A stretch of DNA of 64,000 nucleotides from Botryllus schlosseri (lineage: Eukaryota). The notes under the pieces are model-generated. The model did no database searches and was not told where the DNA came from. It saw only the letters and a program-made list of their open reading frames with translations. This document shows positions 49,132-61,121 of this stretch, one piece after another. Made by a program: the position numbers and the translations under genes. Location of the stretch: contig CM119372.1 in NCBI GenBank assembly GCA_051294905.1, positions 32,490,001 to 32,554,000 on the forward strand. Reading direction: 5' to 3'. Every line of letters begins with the position of its first letter. The first letter of the stretch is position 1.

Positions 49132-50623
49132 ATCTATAGTGTAAGACTTTAGTACATTGGAAAAAGTAGTTCTTCTATCTACTTTGCAATACTCACTCCC
49201 ACTTCTACGTAACGATTTTACAGTACGTAGTTATGTTTCTAGGCTACTTTTACTTCTATTTAACGGGGTTTCATAGAAATCTGCACACTTTTATAACTTT
49301 ATATTTTGTGAAGTAAAGAGTAGTTTAAGGTTATGATTGTATAACCTTTACGAGTGCTATTGTCACACTCGAAAAAGATATTACCATCTTTAAATCATCA
49401 GTTGCACTGCAAGTTGAACATAAATCGTACGGATGGCACTAAAAAATAACTGTGTATCGTTTTATACGCACACATACTGCGGTGTTGCGATATAGGCCTG
49501 ATACGATTGTCCAAGTTCTGAAAGCTGGAAAAGATACTCTCATATTATTTAATTGCGAATTCAATCGCGCAGAATCTCGAGTTATTCGTAGTCAATGGTA
49601 TGGTACCTCTATCATAGATGTAGAGTGAAAAGAGATCTTCCGATTTGTTGGTATCGTTAATATTCAACGCAAATCGGGCTTCATAATTGTGCGGGGGGTC
49701 CCATTGTTTAATTTGAATTGATCGGCGTGTCGCTGTACATGATGCACTATATCGAAAGCATTAATGCTAGTTGAATATTGTCGAATGGTTGTTAATAATG
49801 TTAGTTGCATACAAGAGTCTCGGTGATCTAAGCTCAAGATTTACTTACTCATGCTTGATTTGTTTCCATAGCCCCGACCTTGGGAATCGCTTGTATGCGT
49901 CTAATGAAAATAAGTCGTAAAATGTGGAAACTGTAGGAACCGTAACTGCGAGTTAGGAATCGCGTACCTGCAGCGAAAAGTTTGTTTAATTGTAACGCCG
50001 AGAATTTTGCGCCTGCGGGTAGTCCGTTGGCGTTTTAGTGCTAATTAAATCATCCTTATACTCGGCATGCAAAGTAAATTTGCAGGTATTCGAATGCAGC
50101 CCTATTCAATTGTAGTGTGCGTTCATATTAGGTCATGAAATGCGGAGACCTCGGCAATTGAAACCACGATCCGTCTGCGCTCGAAATCGCATTTTATATT
50201 AATTAATTAATTAGTGATGATGTGTAGAATTTTGATATATCATCATGAAACCCCGCGCCTAGTTCAACGTTGATGAGTGTTATCTGTGCATATCTGGCAA
50301 ATATAGTATTCTATTGACAGCATAGTTTTCGAAATTTATGTGTAATCTGAATGTTATTTATATCCAGAAAGTAAGTTATTATGAAGTTTCGGAATTTAAT
50401 CATCTAACGTAATCATCATAAAACCACGGAAATAGTCAACGTTGATGAGTATTATGAGCTAATGTTATACGCAAAAATACAAGTCCAAATACACATAATA
50501 AAATTATCTGGCGAATATAGCCTTGCATAGACATCATAGTTTTCGAAGCTTATGTATAATCTGAATTATATTTATTTTTCGAAAGCAAGTTATTATAAAG
50601 TCTCGGAATTTAATCATCTAACG

Positions 50624-52412
50624 CAGGGGTTCTCAACCCGCGGCCCGCGGGCCGCATTCGGCCCGCAGACGTTTTTTTGCGGCCCGCGACATATTTCGCT
50701 ATGAAAGCAGTTGCACACAGTACACAGTATTGTTACATATTAATTTAGCTAATTTGTTCTTTTATCGCACCGTCTTTGTTTCGTTTGATTACTCATTCTT
50801 TGATGTGTTCTGGTATTCTTGATATATGCTCGAGCTTAGATTGCAGGGCTGAAATCAAGTCACATGGCTCCGAGTCATAAGTCAATCTTACTTTTGTAGT
50901 TTTGACTCGAGTCAAGTCGAGTCATTTTAATTCCCCACCGAGTCCAAGTCTAGCGAGTAGCGGTTCGAGTCCGAGTCCAAGTCATTGTGTTGACTGCTCA
51001 GTTTCCAGTTAAAGTCTTGTTAAGCCTACTTTTTACAAATCTGTTTGGTGATATCAAATGATTCGCCTTTATAATATACTAATTTCCTTCACTTTTAGCA
51101 GTTTCTGGTCACATTTCAAGTACCAGAACCAATAGACGAAATCCCAATAGTGTGCATGGTTACTTTACTATTCTTAGACATTACAATAAAATGTCGGTTT
51201 TGACCGTCTGAGTGTCACGTCATATGACTTGGTTCGAGTCATGCGCAATGACTCGAGTCAACACACAATATTTTGAGAAAATGACTTGAGTCAACTCGAA
51301 CCATCATAAAATCGAGACTCGAGTTACTACCCTGATATATTGTTATTGTTTTGAATCGGTGTTTGGCTGGACTCTGGTTAAAGAGAATCCATCTGCGTAG
51401 TAGCCTACACCTTTACAGTGATTCCGTCACCGCGAATGGTTTGAACAGAAACACGAACAAAGGCAATTAAACGGCGAAAATATGGTTAGTATAACTTTGC
51501 CTGGAACAATGAATTTGCTTTCTCTGATATAAATGGAAAACCGATGTGTCTTATTTGTCGGTAACGAAGCGTAGAAGCTTAAAATGATACCATGCACGGC
51601 AGTTTCTTCTGGAATTATGCATATCACCTGATCTAAGAACAAAGCGTCGCTAGCTAGGTGTCAAGCCCAGCAATCCATATTTCGAGGCATTGTTAAAATT
51701 GCCGACGACGTTAATTACAGACACATCGTTCAAAATTGCTTGGTGTATCGCTAAATCCAAGAAATCTGCTAGAGAAGGTGTGTTAAAACCGTAACGTACC
51801 GTGCGAATATTCGCGGTTTCCATAACTTAGCAGCCAGGACAACATTACCTGACAAATTCCGAAGCTATACAGTTGTCTGATTCAACCGTGGCCAAAATAG
51901 TAACAGCAATGTCAGTCGATCTTTTATCGCATGTTCTGAAACACGTTACCGCGTGGACTACGCTAGCCTAGCATTGGACGAATCCACCGACTCCACAGAT
52001 AATTTTCTTGTTGCATTTTATCATAGTGGACATATTTGCAGAGGAAGTACTGGGGATATAGGCTGGGAAAACGTGATTAGTTCGGTTCTCTGGTGGAAGG
52101 GTTTGAAGGTGCATATACCGACTTGTCAACGAATGCAATGCACGCCCCATGAAGGGATTTACTTGCGCCGCTGGAAGATACATATCCTCACAAAAAGAAA
52201 CAGCAACTGCAAACTTACGACCCTGCGCAATAATGCTTTAGAATGCATAAAAATGTACTTAATGCACAATGCCCTTATCCGACTGGCAAATAGGCTACAG
52301 TAGCCTAAATTTGCTAGTAGCCCACAAATACATGTAAATAATTATATGCGGCCCGCAGCGTCTTTTGTCGTTGAAATGCGGCCCATTATACAAGCGAAGT
52401 TGAGAACCCCTG
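50624..52412 (+). mobile_element. Defective hAT-Charlie-type transposon with a nested GACTCGAGTC MITE (50844-51334)
   Basis: Perfect TIRs CAGGGGTTCTCAAC / GTTGAGAACCCCTG and perfect TSD ATCTAACG. Decayed transposase text SFKIAWCIAKSKK, IQLSDSTVAKIVTAMS and YASLALDESTD (GTF2IRD2/Charlie-like). Confidence 0.85.
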
Positions 52413-54338
52413 ATCTAACGTATAATGAATGTTATTTATTTTTCGGAAGCACGTTATTCAATACATATTGCTAAATACACATGGAAAATCGGTATTGAAA
52501 TTGACAAAACAATGAAAGTTACTCATAAATACACACGACAATAGTCTAGCAGGCACGATGAACGTAAATAGCCTCAGGGACGGGGATTGGTGCGTCTATA
52601 AAAAGGATGACTACACTACTACGGTATCATATGAAACTCTGCTCGCGGAACGAATTCTAGTAGTTTCGATCAGTATTGATTTATAAAAAGCTGCATTGGA
52701 AAAATCGAAAATGACGATTGCATTGACTAGCTTTGTCGCTCTGCTGATTCGGTTATTTCCAAGACTCTCGGACTATAAGTAGGCCAAGAGGAGTTAATCC
52801 ACCCACGTTTTATTTCGAGAATATTCTTGATATATGAATGCGATTTGGCGTAGCCATTGTATATGGCTATAAGTGCTTTATGCCTGGTGTGGATGGGCCA
52901 ACGTATATCCGTTCATTAATTATTCATAACTATATACTTATTAAATGTCTAATTACCGATTGGGATCTGGCTAGGTCGGGTCACCATTTCAAGTTGGCTA
53001 TAGTTCTCATCAAAGTGGACTGACAAAATCGGTTAATCTTAATAAGGCTATGCGCATTCCCTGTGGCAACGAATGAAATGCCAGTTCTTCTGAAAAAACA
53101 TAGGATATATGGCTCAACATTGAGAAGGATGTTTTATGCAATTTATCATATTATGTCCTTGGGACGCTATGTTTGTGCTCAGCGCCACTGGATATCGCAT
53201 ATTAGTCGCTGGATACATGTATAAGGATTTTTTGAATCATGTTATTAAGTCCCGTATGCCATTGTGTCGCATGTTCACGTGACCACGGACAATAATGATT
53301 ATACAAACGATATCACCCATCCATCCACACTGAAATTTACCTGTCATCTTTTCGTTCTCTCTGTTGACGGAGCAATCTAAAATCTACGAAAATGAGAGTC
53401 TTATTCATAACATTAACGATTGTTGCAATCGACACGATTGATGCCGCAACTATCTCACTAAATCACTGCGAGGTAGCCAAACTCATCATTGCGTACAACG
53501 GGATATGTCCAATGAATAGTTCAGGTGGGTAAATGTATTATGTTCACCGCGTACCGGTTGAAAACTATGTGTGGAGGGTCTATTGAATATATAAAAAGCT
53601 CATAGCCATATGACCTATTGAACGTATTTTGATTTTGCCTCATAATTAGATCCTTGTGAAGACTACTGCACTGGGGAAATTATAGAAACTGAAATCGACT
53701 GCTCGATAAGAGACGAATGCTGCTGGACTGGAGAGGAATGCATAATGACAGAGGTGCGATCGTTACCCTAACACTCGCTCTGAATCACCAATCTATGGCG
53801 TCTATACTACAAAATCCTCATGTGCGTCTCGACTCGCGTGGTCGATCTATGTGCCTATGTTTGAAACCCCATAGTTAACGTACGTGTTCAGCCCTACGAT
53901 TGTGAATTGCCGCATTTCATGGAAACTGGCGTTGTATATGATATTTTGGCGGCGCTTTTTTGCCCACGGCTTCAGAATGCCCCATTTTATTTGTAATGGA
54001 CGTGGAAAAACAGATGTCGAAATAAATATCGCGAAATCCAAACGCTGATATACGTATTTCACTATAGATTCCGGAACCAAGATACGAGGATACTACGCCA
54101 GAGGAAGACTCAAACTCGGAAATGCAGGTAACCAAAAGATGTATTTTTATCTGCGATCGGCAGGCAAATATTAGACTCAGGAGAATTAGTGTTTTCCGAT
54201 CGAGCTCCCAAAGTAGTTGTGTTTGTATTGGATTCAATGAATCAACTCATGAGTCGGTATGTTGCTAATCAGTTCGCGAGCAGCCGGCTATAAACGATTC
54301 ACATTCATCACCAAATAGATAAATTAATATGTGACTTG

Positions 54339-54487
54339 TGTAATAATAGCTGCTACTTTACTAAGCTAGCAACAGACTGCAGAGTACATGTTTATTACTC
54401 GCCGGTATACAACACACTCATTGATGAAACAAGGATGCAAGCTGAAGCCTTGGAAAACATAAACGGAAATAATCAAATATTACAACA
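54339..54487 (-). repeat. 3' LTR
   Basis: TGTAATAATAGC...CAAATATTACAACA on the + strand, adjacent to the PPT. Confidence 0.9.
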
Positions 54488-54550
54488 TCTTCCTTCCAAT
54501 AGTTTAGAAGTAAGAATGGCACAGTGACTACAATACTACACAAAGAAAAG

Positions 54551-57094
54551 TCAGTATTGAAGCCGATTCGGAGCTTTGATAAGCCTGCCGGATCTCGTGG
54601 TAATTGCACGAGTGCTGCCATCACTGATTGCTGTGGCATCACCAATATCCATGTCGTTTGATTTGGATCGGATCGGAGTCTTGATAAGTCTGCAAGGTCT
54701 TGCGGTAATTGCTCGAGCGCCGTCATTAGCCATTGAAGACGCATCACCAATATCCATGTCGTTTGTTTTCGTTTGCTCGGCATCGTCGAGTGTCGCTCGT
54801 TTTGCTGCGCTGGTTTCACGTAGATGGATTCTGTTACGTACCAATTCATTACCCTTTTCAGTTAGTACCCTGTACGAACGTTCATTTTCTCTAGTCACCA
54901 CTTTAGCTGGGGACCATATTTTATCATATTTGTTGAATACACGAATCTGTTGTCCCTCTATCAATGGAGGGAGAGCCTTGCTGCGAATGTCAGAATAATC
55001 CTTCTGTTTCTGCAGTCGAGCTTGCACATGTTCTTTATAGATCTCTGGTTTGTTGCTGATACCGTGACTTGGCATAGCTGTAGGAATCGGTCTACCAAAC
55101 ATCAGCTCGGCTGGGCTAGGTAGAACACTGTCCAGTGGAGTTGCTCTAACATTTAATAGTGCCATATGGATATCTTCTCCCCCTTTCATGCATTTGCGAA
55201 GAATTGGTTTCAGGTATCCAATTTGTCGTTCGATGAACCCGTTTGATTTTGGAAAACGGGGCGAGGATTTGGTATGTTTGACACCCCACATATGACAAAA
55301 TTTGTCAAACTTGCTGAGATAGCATGGACCATTGTCGGAGACGATTTCTTGCGGCACGCCAAAAAGGCTAAAACTTTCTTTGACAACTTCGATTACGTCT
55401 TCGCTGGTGCTTGAAGACAGTTTTTTCACAATCGGGAATCGACTGTAGTAGTCTGAAATTATAATGAAATGTTTACCTTGAATTTCAAAAAGGTCTGTTC
55501 CAAGCTTGGTCCATGGCATATTTGGTCGCTCATGACTGATAAGCGGTTCTCTTGTTTGTCGCGGCAGAGCCTCCTGACATAATTCACAGTTTTTGCAGAG
55601 ATTTTCAATGTCCTTGTATAGCCCTGGCCAATAGACACTTTCCCGGCTCAGAGCACGCGTTTTCTCAATCCCTTGATGACCTGCATGAAGCTGCAACAGT
55701 ATGTCATTCTGCATGGTTTCGGGAATAATGACTTGTCGACCTTTGAAGATGATGCCATCTTCAACTGCTAGTTCGTCCCTGTAAGTCCAAAAGCTTCTCA
55801 GTTCATTTGGGATGGACTTGATATCTTCTGGCCAGCCAATGAAAATACATTCAGATAGTTTGTGGAGGACGTGGTCCTTGGTTGTCTCAGTTCTCAGATC
55901 TTTTCTCTTTTCTTCTGAAAAGTGGATCATGTCTATGTCGGTGTTTTCGATTGACCACATTGAGATTTCTTCCACATGCGAGTCAAGGTCAATATATCCA
56001 GCATTGGCTGTATTAGGCATTCTTGACAGGGTGTCTGCCAGAGTCATTTCATTGCCAGGTCTGTATTTAACATCAAAGTCATATCCTTGCACTTTCAACA
56101 TCATTCTTTGCAGCCTTGGAGGTGCGACCCGTAGAGGTTTTTTAAAGATCATTTCCAGAGGTTTGTGATCTGTGACCACGGTGAAGTATCGACCATAAAG
56201 ATAATGGTGGAATCTCTGTATACCACATATAACGGCAAGGCATTCCCTTTCTATATTGCTGTAGTTTGCTTGAGACGTCGTGAGCGTTTTACTGGCAAAT
56301 GAAATGGGTGCCCCGTCCTGAATCAAGGCTGAGCCCATTCCTTTCATCGAGGCGTCCACTTCCAATGTGACAGGACGTTGCGGGTCATAATATCTCAATG
56401 CCATGCAGTCGGAGATACCTTTTTTCATTTCGTTGAAGGCTTTCTCTTGGTCAGTATCCCAGGTGAATGGCGTATCCTTTTTAGTCAAATCTCTCAGAAT
56501 GGAAGAGCTAACCGAAAAGTTTGGGAGATGATTAGCGAGAAAGTTGGTCATCCCAAGGAACCTTTGGAGATCTAGCTTGGTTGTTGGTGACGGCATTCTC
56601 AATATGTCTCCAACCTTTTTTGGATCAGGGTATACTCCATTGTCGGTGTAAATGCGTCCAAAGAATGAGATTCTTCTTGACTTCACGATACATTTACTCT
56701 GATTAAATTTCAAACCTTCTTGCATTGCAACTTTCACGAATCTCAGGACACGTTCATCGTGTTCGACTTCTGTGCTGCCGTAGATGACTATGTCATCCGA
56801 GATTCCGGCGCAACCGTCACATTTTTCTAGAATGCTGTCCATTCGGGCTTGAAATATATCCTGACTTACTGATAGCCCGAAAGGTAGTCTCATGAAGCAA
56901 TATCGACCGAATGGAGTCCTGAATGTGGTTAGTTCTTGAGACTCCTTGGCCAGTTTCACACTCCAATACCCCGCCTTCGCATCCAGTTTGGTAAAGAACT
57001 TGGCTTTGCATAGGGATGGAGTTATTTCTTCCACCGTGGGAATATTGTGCGGATATCGTTTCAGTGCCTTGTTCAGTTGTGTGGGTCGAGGCAC
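54551..57094 (-). CDS. pol: Pol part of the retrotransposon: reverse transcriptase, RNase H, integrase
   Basis: KLDAKAGYW, RLPFGLS, GISDDIVIYG, VDAS, TDHKPL, HAGHQG...CKNCELC (HHCC), GTDLF, VSDNGP, NGFIER. Confidence 0.92.
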   Translation of the reverse strand: MPRPTQLNKALKRYPHNIPTVEEITPSLCKAKFFTKLDAKAGYWSVKLAKESQELTTFRTPFGRYCFMRLPFGLSVSQDIFQARMDSILEKCDGCAGISDDIVIYGSTEVEHDERVLRFVKVAMQEGLKFNQSKCIVKSRRISFFGRIYTDNGVYPDPKKVGDILRMPSPTTKLDLQRFLGMTNFLANHLPNFSVSSSILRDLTKKDTPFTWDTDQEKAFNEMKKGISDCMALRYYDPQRPVTLEVDASMKGMGSALIQDGAPISFASKTLTTSQANYSNIERECLAVICGIQRFHHYLYGRYFTVVTDHKPLEMIFKKPLRVAPPRLQRMMLKVQGYDFDVKYRPGNEMTLADTLSRMPNTANAGYIDLDSHVEEISMWSIENTDIDMIHFSEEKRKDLRTETTKDHVLHKLSECIFIGWPEDIKSIPNELRSFWTYRDELAVEDGIIFKGRQVIIPETMQNDILLQLHAGHQGIEKTRALSRESVYWPGLYKDIENLCKNCELCQEALPRQTREPLISHERPNMPWTKLGTDLFEIQGKHFIIISDYYSRFPIVKKLSSSTSEDVIEVVKESFSLFGVPQEIVSDNGPCYLSKFDKFCHMWGVKHTKSSPRFPKSNGFIERQIGYLKPILRKCMKGGEDIHMALLNVRATPLDSVLPSPAELMFGRPIPTAMPSHGISNKPEIYKEHVQARLQKQKDYSDIRSKALPPLIEGQQIRVFNKYDKIWSPAKVVTRENERSYRVLTEKGNELVRNRIHLRETSAAKRATLDDAEQTKTNDMDIGDASSMANDGARAITARPCRLIKTPIRSKSNDMDIGDATAISDGSTRAITTRSGRLIKAPNRLQY

Positions 57095-58635
57095 ATACGA
57101 AGATCACCGTTCTTTTTCACTGCATAGGCTAGTGAGGAGCACCAATCTGTATGTCCCTCTACTTTGCGAATAACTTTCAAGCTCACCATTCGCTCCAGTT
57201 CAGCTTTGATCTTGTCTTTTAAATTGAGAGAGACCCTTCTCGGTGGATCTATCGACGGTATGGCATCCTTCGTCACATAAAGATGCTCTTCTCCATTGAA
57301 CTCTCCAATGCCATTAATGCACCCTGGAAATCTTCTAGTAAGATCCTCCACTGTGTTCAGAGCGTCTCTGTCCGATTCACTTTTAATATCGTCGATATTA
57401 AACTGGATAAAGTCTAGTTTCAAACAACCTGGTAACCCAAGAATTACTGGTCCGGGCACATCCACAACGTAGAACTTGAACTCAACCGGTTCGTGGTCAG
57501 TTTTCTTTCTTATTGATAGCGTTATTGATCCATGGCAAAGAAGTTTCGTACCGGAGTATCCTGTCAATCGAACGTTAGGTTCGTCTAGTAGGATTTCAGC
57601 ATATGGCTTGCTGCCAAACATCTGTTTATATGTTCGTATTGGTAAAGTGTTACCACCAGCTCCTGTGTCCAGCTTGGAGTAGAGCTTGCCAGTTACTCTT
57701 GGCTCTGTGTATTTCATCAACAGAGGTATAATGACCTCTTTACAGTCCTCATCACATGCAATGTCATTGATCAATATATGGTGGAACTCAATTCCAGCTT
57801 CATCATCACTGTCCAGCTGTATCTCGTTGTGATAACTCTTTGATCTTTTGTTTCTGTGGTATTTTCTTTGAAATTGCTGTTCACTGTCTTGTTCTTCTGC
57901 AGATTCATCACGTTCATTTTGAGCATGTTTGCAGGTTTTCATCCAGTGGCCCAATTTACCACAATGATGACAAGTGGCATTATATGCAGGGCAACCTCTC
58001 GGCCTGTGATTTAGGCCACAGTTTGTACATCGTTTACCTTTCTTTATCGTGTCTATATTGTCATTGTACATTCCACTGCCAGTAGTCATCCTAGACAGTG
58101 AGTTACTTGACGCTTGGATCGCTTCATATTCTCTCCCCTTTTCTAGAATTTCAGCCAGACTAGCACCTTTAGGTTTAATCATCAATTCCTTTCGAAAGTT
58201 CTCGAATGGAGTGGATAGGATAATCATCTCTATCAGACGTTCATTCAACTCCTCAAGTCCAAACTCGCAACGAGAGGCCTTCTCCCTCAATCGTGAGATA
58301 AATCCAGTAATAGTTTCTTCAGGTCGCTGCCTGATTTGAGAGTACTCAAGCCTGTGAATACGAAAGTTAATCTTGATTGAAACGTCAATCTCACTTTCTA
58401 TCTGCTTCCATATTTCTTTTGGATCTCTTTGATTCTGCTGTGTGAGGCCAGAATTCATGATTCTGCGCATTCCCTCGTCGCCAAGCGCTATTTTTATTTT
58501 TATGGCCTTTTTCACGTCGTCTGTGATCTCTTGGTCCATAAAGAACAAGTCCATTCTTGCCTTGAAGGCTCTAAACGAGTCCACGAGCGGTTCATGTTTC
58601 CAGTCCATATGCGGCATTGGAATATTGCTTGCCAT
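57073..58635 (-). CDS. gag: Gag (two Cys/His knuckles) plus aspartic protease and the start of RT
   Basis: CTNCGLNHRPRGC and CHHCGKLGHWMKTC knuckles; LDTGA protease motif; ends in the RT motif KKNGDLRMCLDP. Confidence 0.92.
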   Translation of the reverse strand: MASNIPMPHMDWKHEPLVDSFRAFKARMDLFFMDQEITDDVKKAIKIKIALGDEGMRRIMNSGLTQQNQRDPKEIWKQIESEIDVSIKINFRIHRLEYSQIRQRPEETITGFISRLREKASRCEFGLEELNERLIEMIILSTPFENFRKELMIKPKGASLAEILEKGREYEAIQASSNSLSRMTTGSGMYNDNIDTIKKGKRCTNCGLNHRPRGCPAYNATCHHCGKLGHWMKTCKHAQNERDESAEEQDSEQQFQRKYHRNKRSKSYHNEIQLDSDDEAGIEFHHILINDIACDEDCKEVIIPLLMKYTEPRVTGKLYSKLDTGAGGNTLPIRTYKQMFGSKPYAEILLDEPNVRLTGYSGTKLLCHGSITLSIRKKTDHEPVEFKFYVVDVPGPVILGLPGCLKLDFIQFNIDDIKSESDRDALNTVEDLTRRFPGCINGIGEFNGEEHLYVTKDAIPSIDPPRRVSLNLKDKIKAELERMVSLKVIRKVEGHTDWCSSLAYAVKKNGDLRMCLDPHN

Positions 58636-58710
58636 TGTAGGTAAGGTCTTTGAAAAATGTAGGAGACAAAACGTACCTTTTCAACATAGACGCCAACACC
58701 GCTGCCACCA

Positions 58711-58854
58711 TGTAATAATAGCTGCTTCTTTACTAAGCTAGCAACAGACTGCAGAGTACATGTTTATTACTCGCCGGTATACAACACACTCATTGATGAA
58801 ACAAGGATGCAAGCTGAAGCCTTGGAAAACATAAACGGAAATAATCAAATATTA
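58711..58854 (-). repeat. 5' LTR (outer terminal bases missing)
   Basis: Near-identical to 54339-54482 and directly followed on the minus strand by the PBS. Confidence 0.9.
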
Positions 58855-61121
58855 CTACTTCACTAAATGCGTTTGCTCGTAATTGTATTTACGACTAATG
58901 TTGTCTAATTTACGTTATTCTGACGAGCAGATCCTTAATATCAGATTGCGCTCTACGAATCAAACGACACTTTTCAATCTACTTCGTTATCGCGAACAAT
59001 CAGCTCTTTTACAACTGCAAATTATACACGGGATGGATCTCTTTCAAATTTCCGATATCGGTGTTCATAGTCAGTCACGGAGGCTGTATTTTGTCGCATA
59101 TATTGTCCCTTGCATATTTATCTACTTGCTGCTATGTATGTGTAATCAATGCAATGCCTATCATAAGCAATCCTTGCTGCATCTTCCCCGTCGTTCCCTT
59201 CGACAAAATCTTCTCACTCTCCCAGAGATGGTCAGTGGCGGAGTATTTACGCTTTTTTGGAGTACTCGAGTAGGTTTTTCCTACTAATTACTCAGCTGGT
59301 CATATTTTCAGACTTTACACTTTTACATTTTTAGTAAAACCACCTTTGAGAATTCAGATTTTGTAAAGTATAAAATAGTTTTAGGATAAGATTGCATCAC
59401 TTTAAAAAGTGAGATTTTCGAAAGAACGGCATGAAATAGGTCTTGTATTACAATAACGAAAGATATTTGCGAAGATATCATCGATTTGTAGAGTACTTAA
59501 TTAGTTTGCGTTCGTCACGTAAAAAAAAACATTGCGATTTCAAAATAAGTCAGCTTCGCTTCACTGCGAAAAGCAGTGAAGTCTACGTGAAATCGGCGAA
59601 GCAGTGAAATATACGTTTGGAAACTAATTACTTGAGTACTTCTTTATCCTTTCTTTTCTACTTGCACTTGCACTGGTTTGGACATTTCTTGGAAACGGCT
59701 TCTTCTACTGATAATTGCGCAGAAATTTTCGCCGTTACGTATACATCTACTTGAGTAGCAACGATGACTAATTTGATCACCTATGCTGTTTCTATCAGGA
59801 TCAAGCTACCGTTGCGCCTATGGAGGAAAATATGCCAGAGGAGACTGTGAGTAAACGATCTGTAGCGAATCTCACGTTCCTTCTATCACTTTCGTGCGCT
59901 TACAATTCAGACGTTGAAAAGGTCTAAGCGCCGGGCAGGAGGTGGCTTCGAAGCGGACGTGGTAAGATATCCATTTGCAATGTGAATGCACGAGCTAACA
60001 CTCGTATTCTCTAGAAAATATTATGTATCAGGGATAGTAACAACGGATCTTTGTCCATACTCCATAGTATTTTTCAAGTCGACAACATGACATATGGTAT
60101 TTTTCGGTATCGAAACTACACCGCAATACAGTTTAGAAACGTTAAATATCATCCTGGTAAAATGCTTGGTGCTTATACTCCGGAAATCTTGAAGTCCCGA
60201 ACCTATTCTTATTTCATGATCGCGGTCATCCAAACATCAAATGAAAGACGTTACATCCTGATATACATATGAGCAGTTTGAAAGAGGTTGGTAGGGCCCG
60301 ACTGTCAGCGTTAAAGAAATATCGGTATATCATAATTTTCGATTGTCAAATACGGATAACTGATATGGTATTCGTTGTGGTCACATGGTGTAACTTTGAA
60401 GCTTTGTGTCCCGTTCTTGTGTAATCTGTGCATCCCAATCATAGAAGCTAATAGAAGCGGTCGATCTGGAGTCCCATTCGTCATATTGTCGAACTTGCCG
60501 GCCTTATTGGGCAGAGATGCTATTGCTATTTGATACGGATCAGAAAATAAGGACAGCCGAGTTGTTAACTTTCCATTACCATTATGACATATTTGTAAAT
60601 AAAAAATTAATAATGAAACTACAAATTGAAGCAATATTCGAAATTGTATTCAGTTACCGTGATACAGGAGAAGTTTCACTCAGTCGTTACGACAATATCA
60701 CTCAAAAAGGTGACAGAAACACATCCCATAAAACGACTTTGTATTCTTCGAAAAATGTGGAAAAAGTAATTAGTTTTGACTAAAACACTTCTAAGTCGAA
60801 GTGGATGTAGTCACAAAATATAACCATTTGATTAATTATGTGCAAGTAGACAAACCTTAATTGGCTACTCCGAAAATGTAATACTTCGTTGCTATCCACG
60901 TCTTCATAGCCTACATAGCTAGAGGTGATACATTGCTTACATTTTGTCGACCTTATTGCAATATAAGTTCCGTTATTTCAGGAAAACAAAACAAAAATGG
61001 CATAACAGTGTCAGGGGGAATTAACCAGGCATAAAATAAAATTATTCCTTGCTTCATAAATTTCTACCGTCAATACGAACGGTTCGAAGTAGCGGCTTAT
61101 GATGTCCAACGGCCATACAGT

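Larger units (their letters stand above)
54339..58854 (-). mobile_element. Ty3/Gypsy (Mag-like) LTR retrotransposon, about 4.5 kb, recent
   Basis: Two ~145-bp LTRs differing at one visible position. PBS TGGTGGCAGCGGTG (58697-58710) is complementary to the 3' end of tRNA-Leu(AAG/TAG). PPT GGAAGGAAGA at 54488-54497 region. Domain order gag-PR-RT-RH-IN. Confidence 0.95.

Noticed and set aside
57073..57094. Programmed gag-pol ribosomal frameshift
   Set aside because: The break lies inside a conserved RT motif after the protease and has no slippery heptamer. A 1-bp indel is the simpler explanation.
54418..58741. Plus-strand and alternate-frame ORFs over the retrotransposon (e.g. 54576-54998, 55812-56168, 58442-58741)
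   Set aside because: Antisense or shadow frames of gag-pol with no independent motifs.
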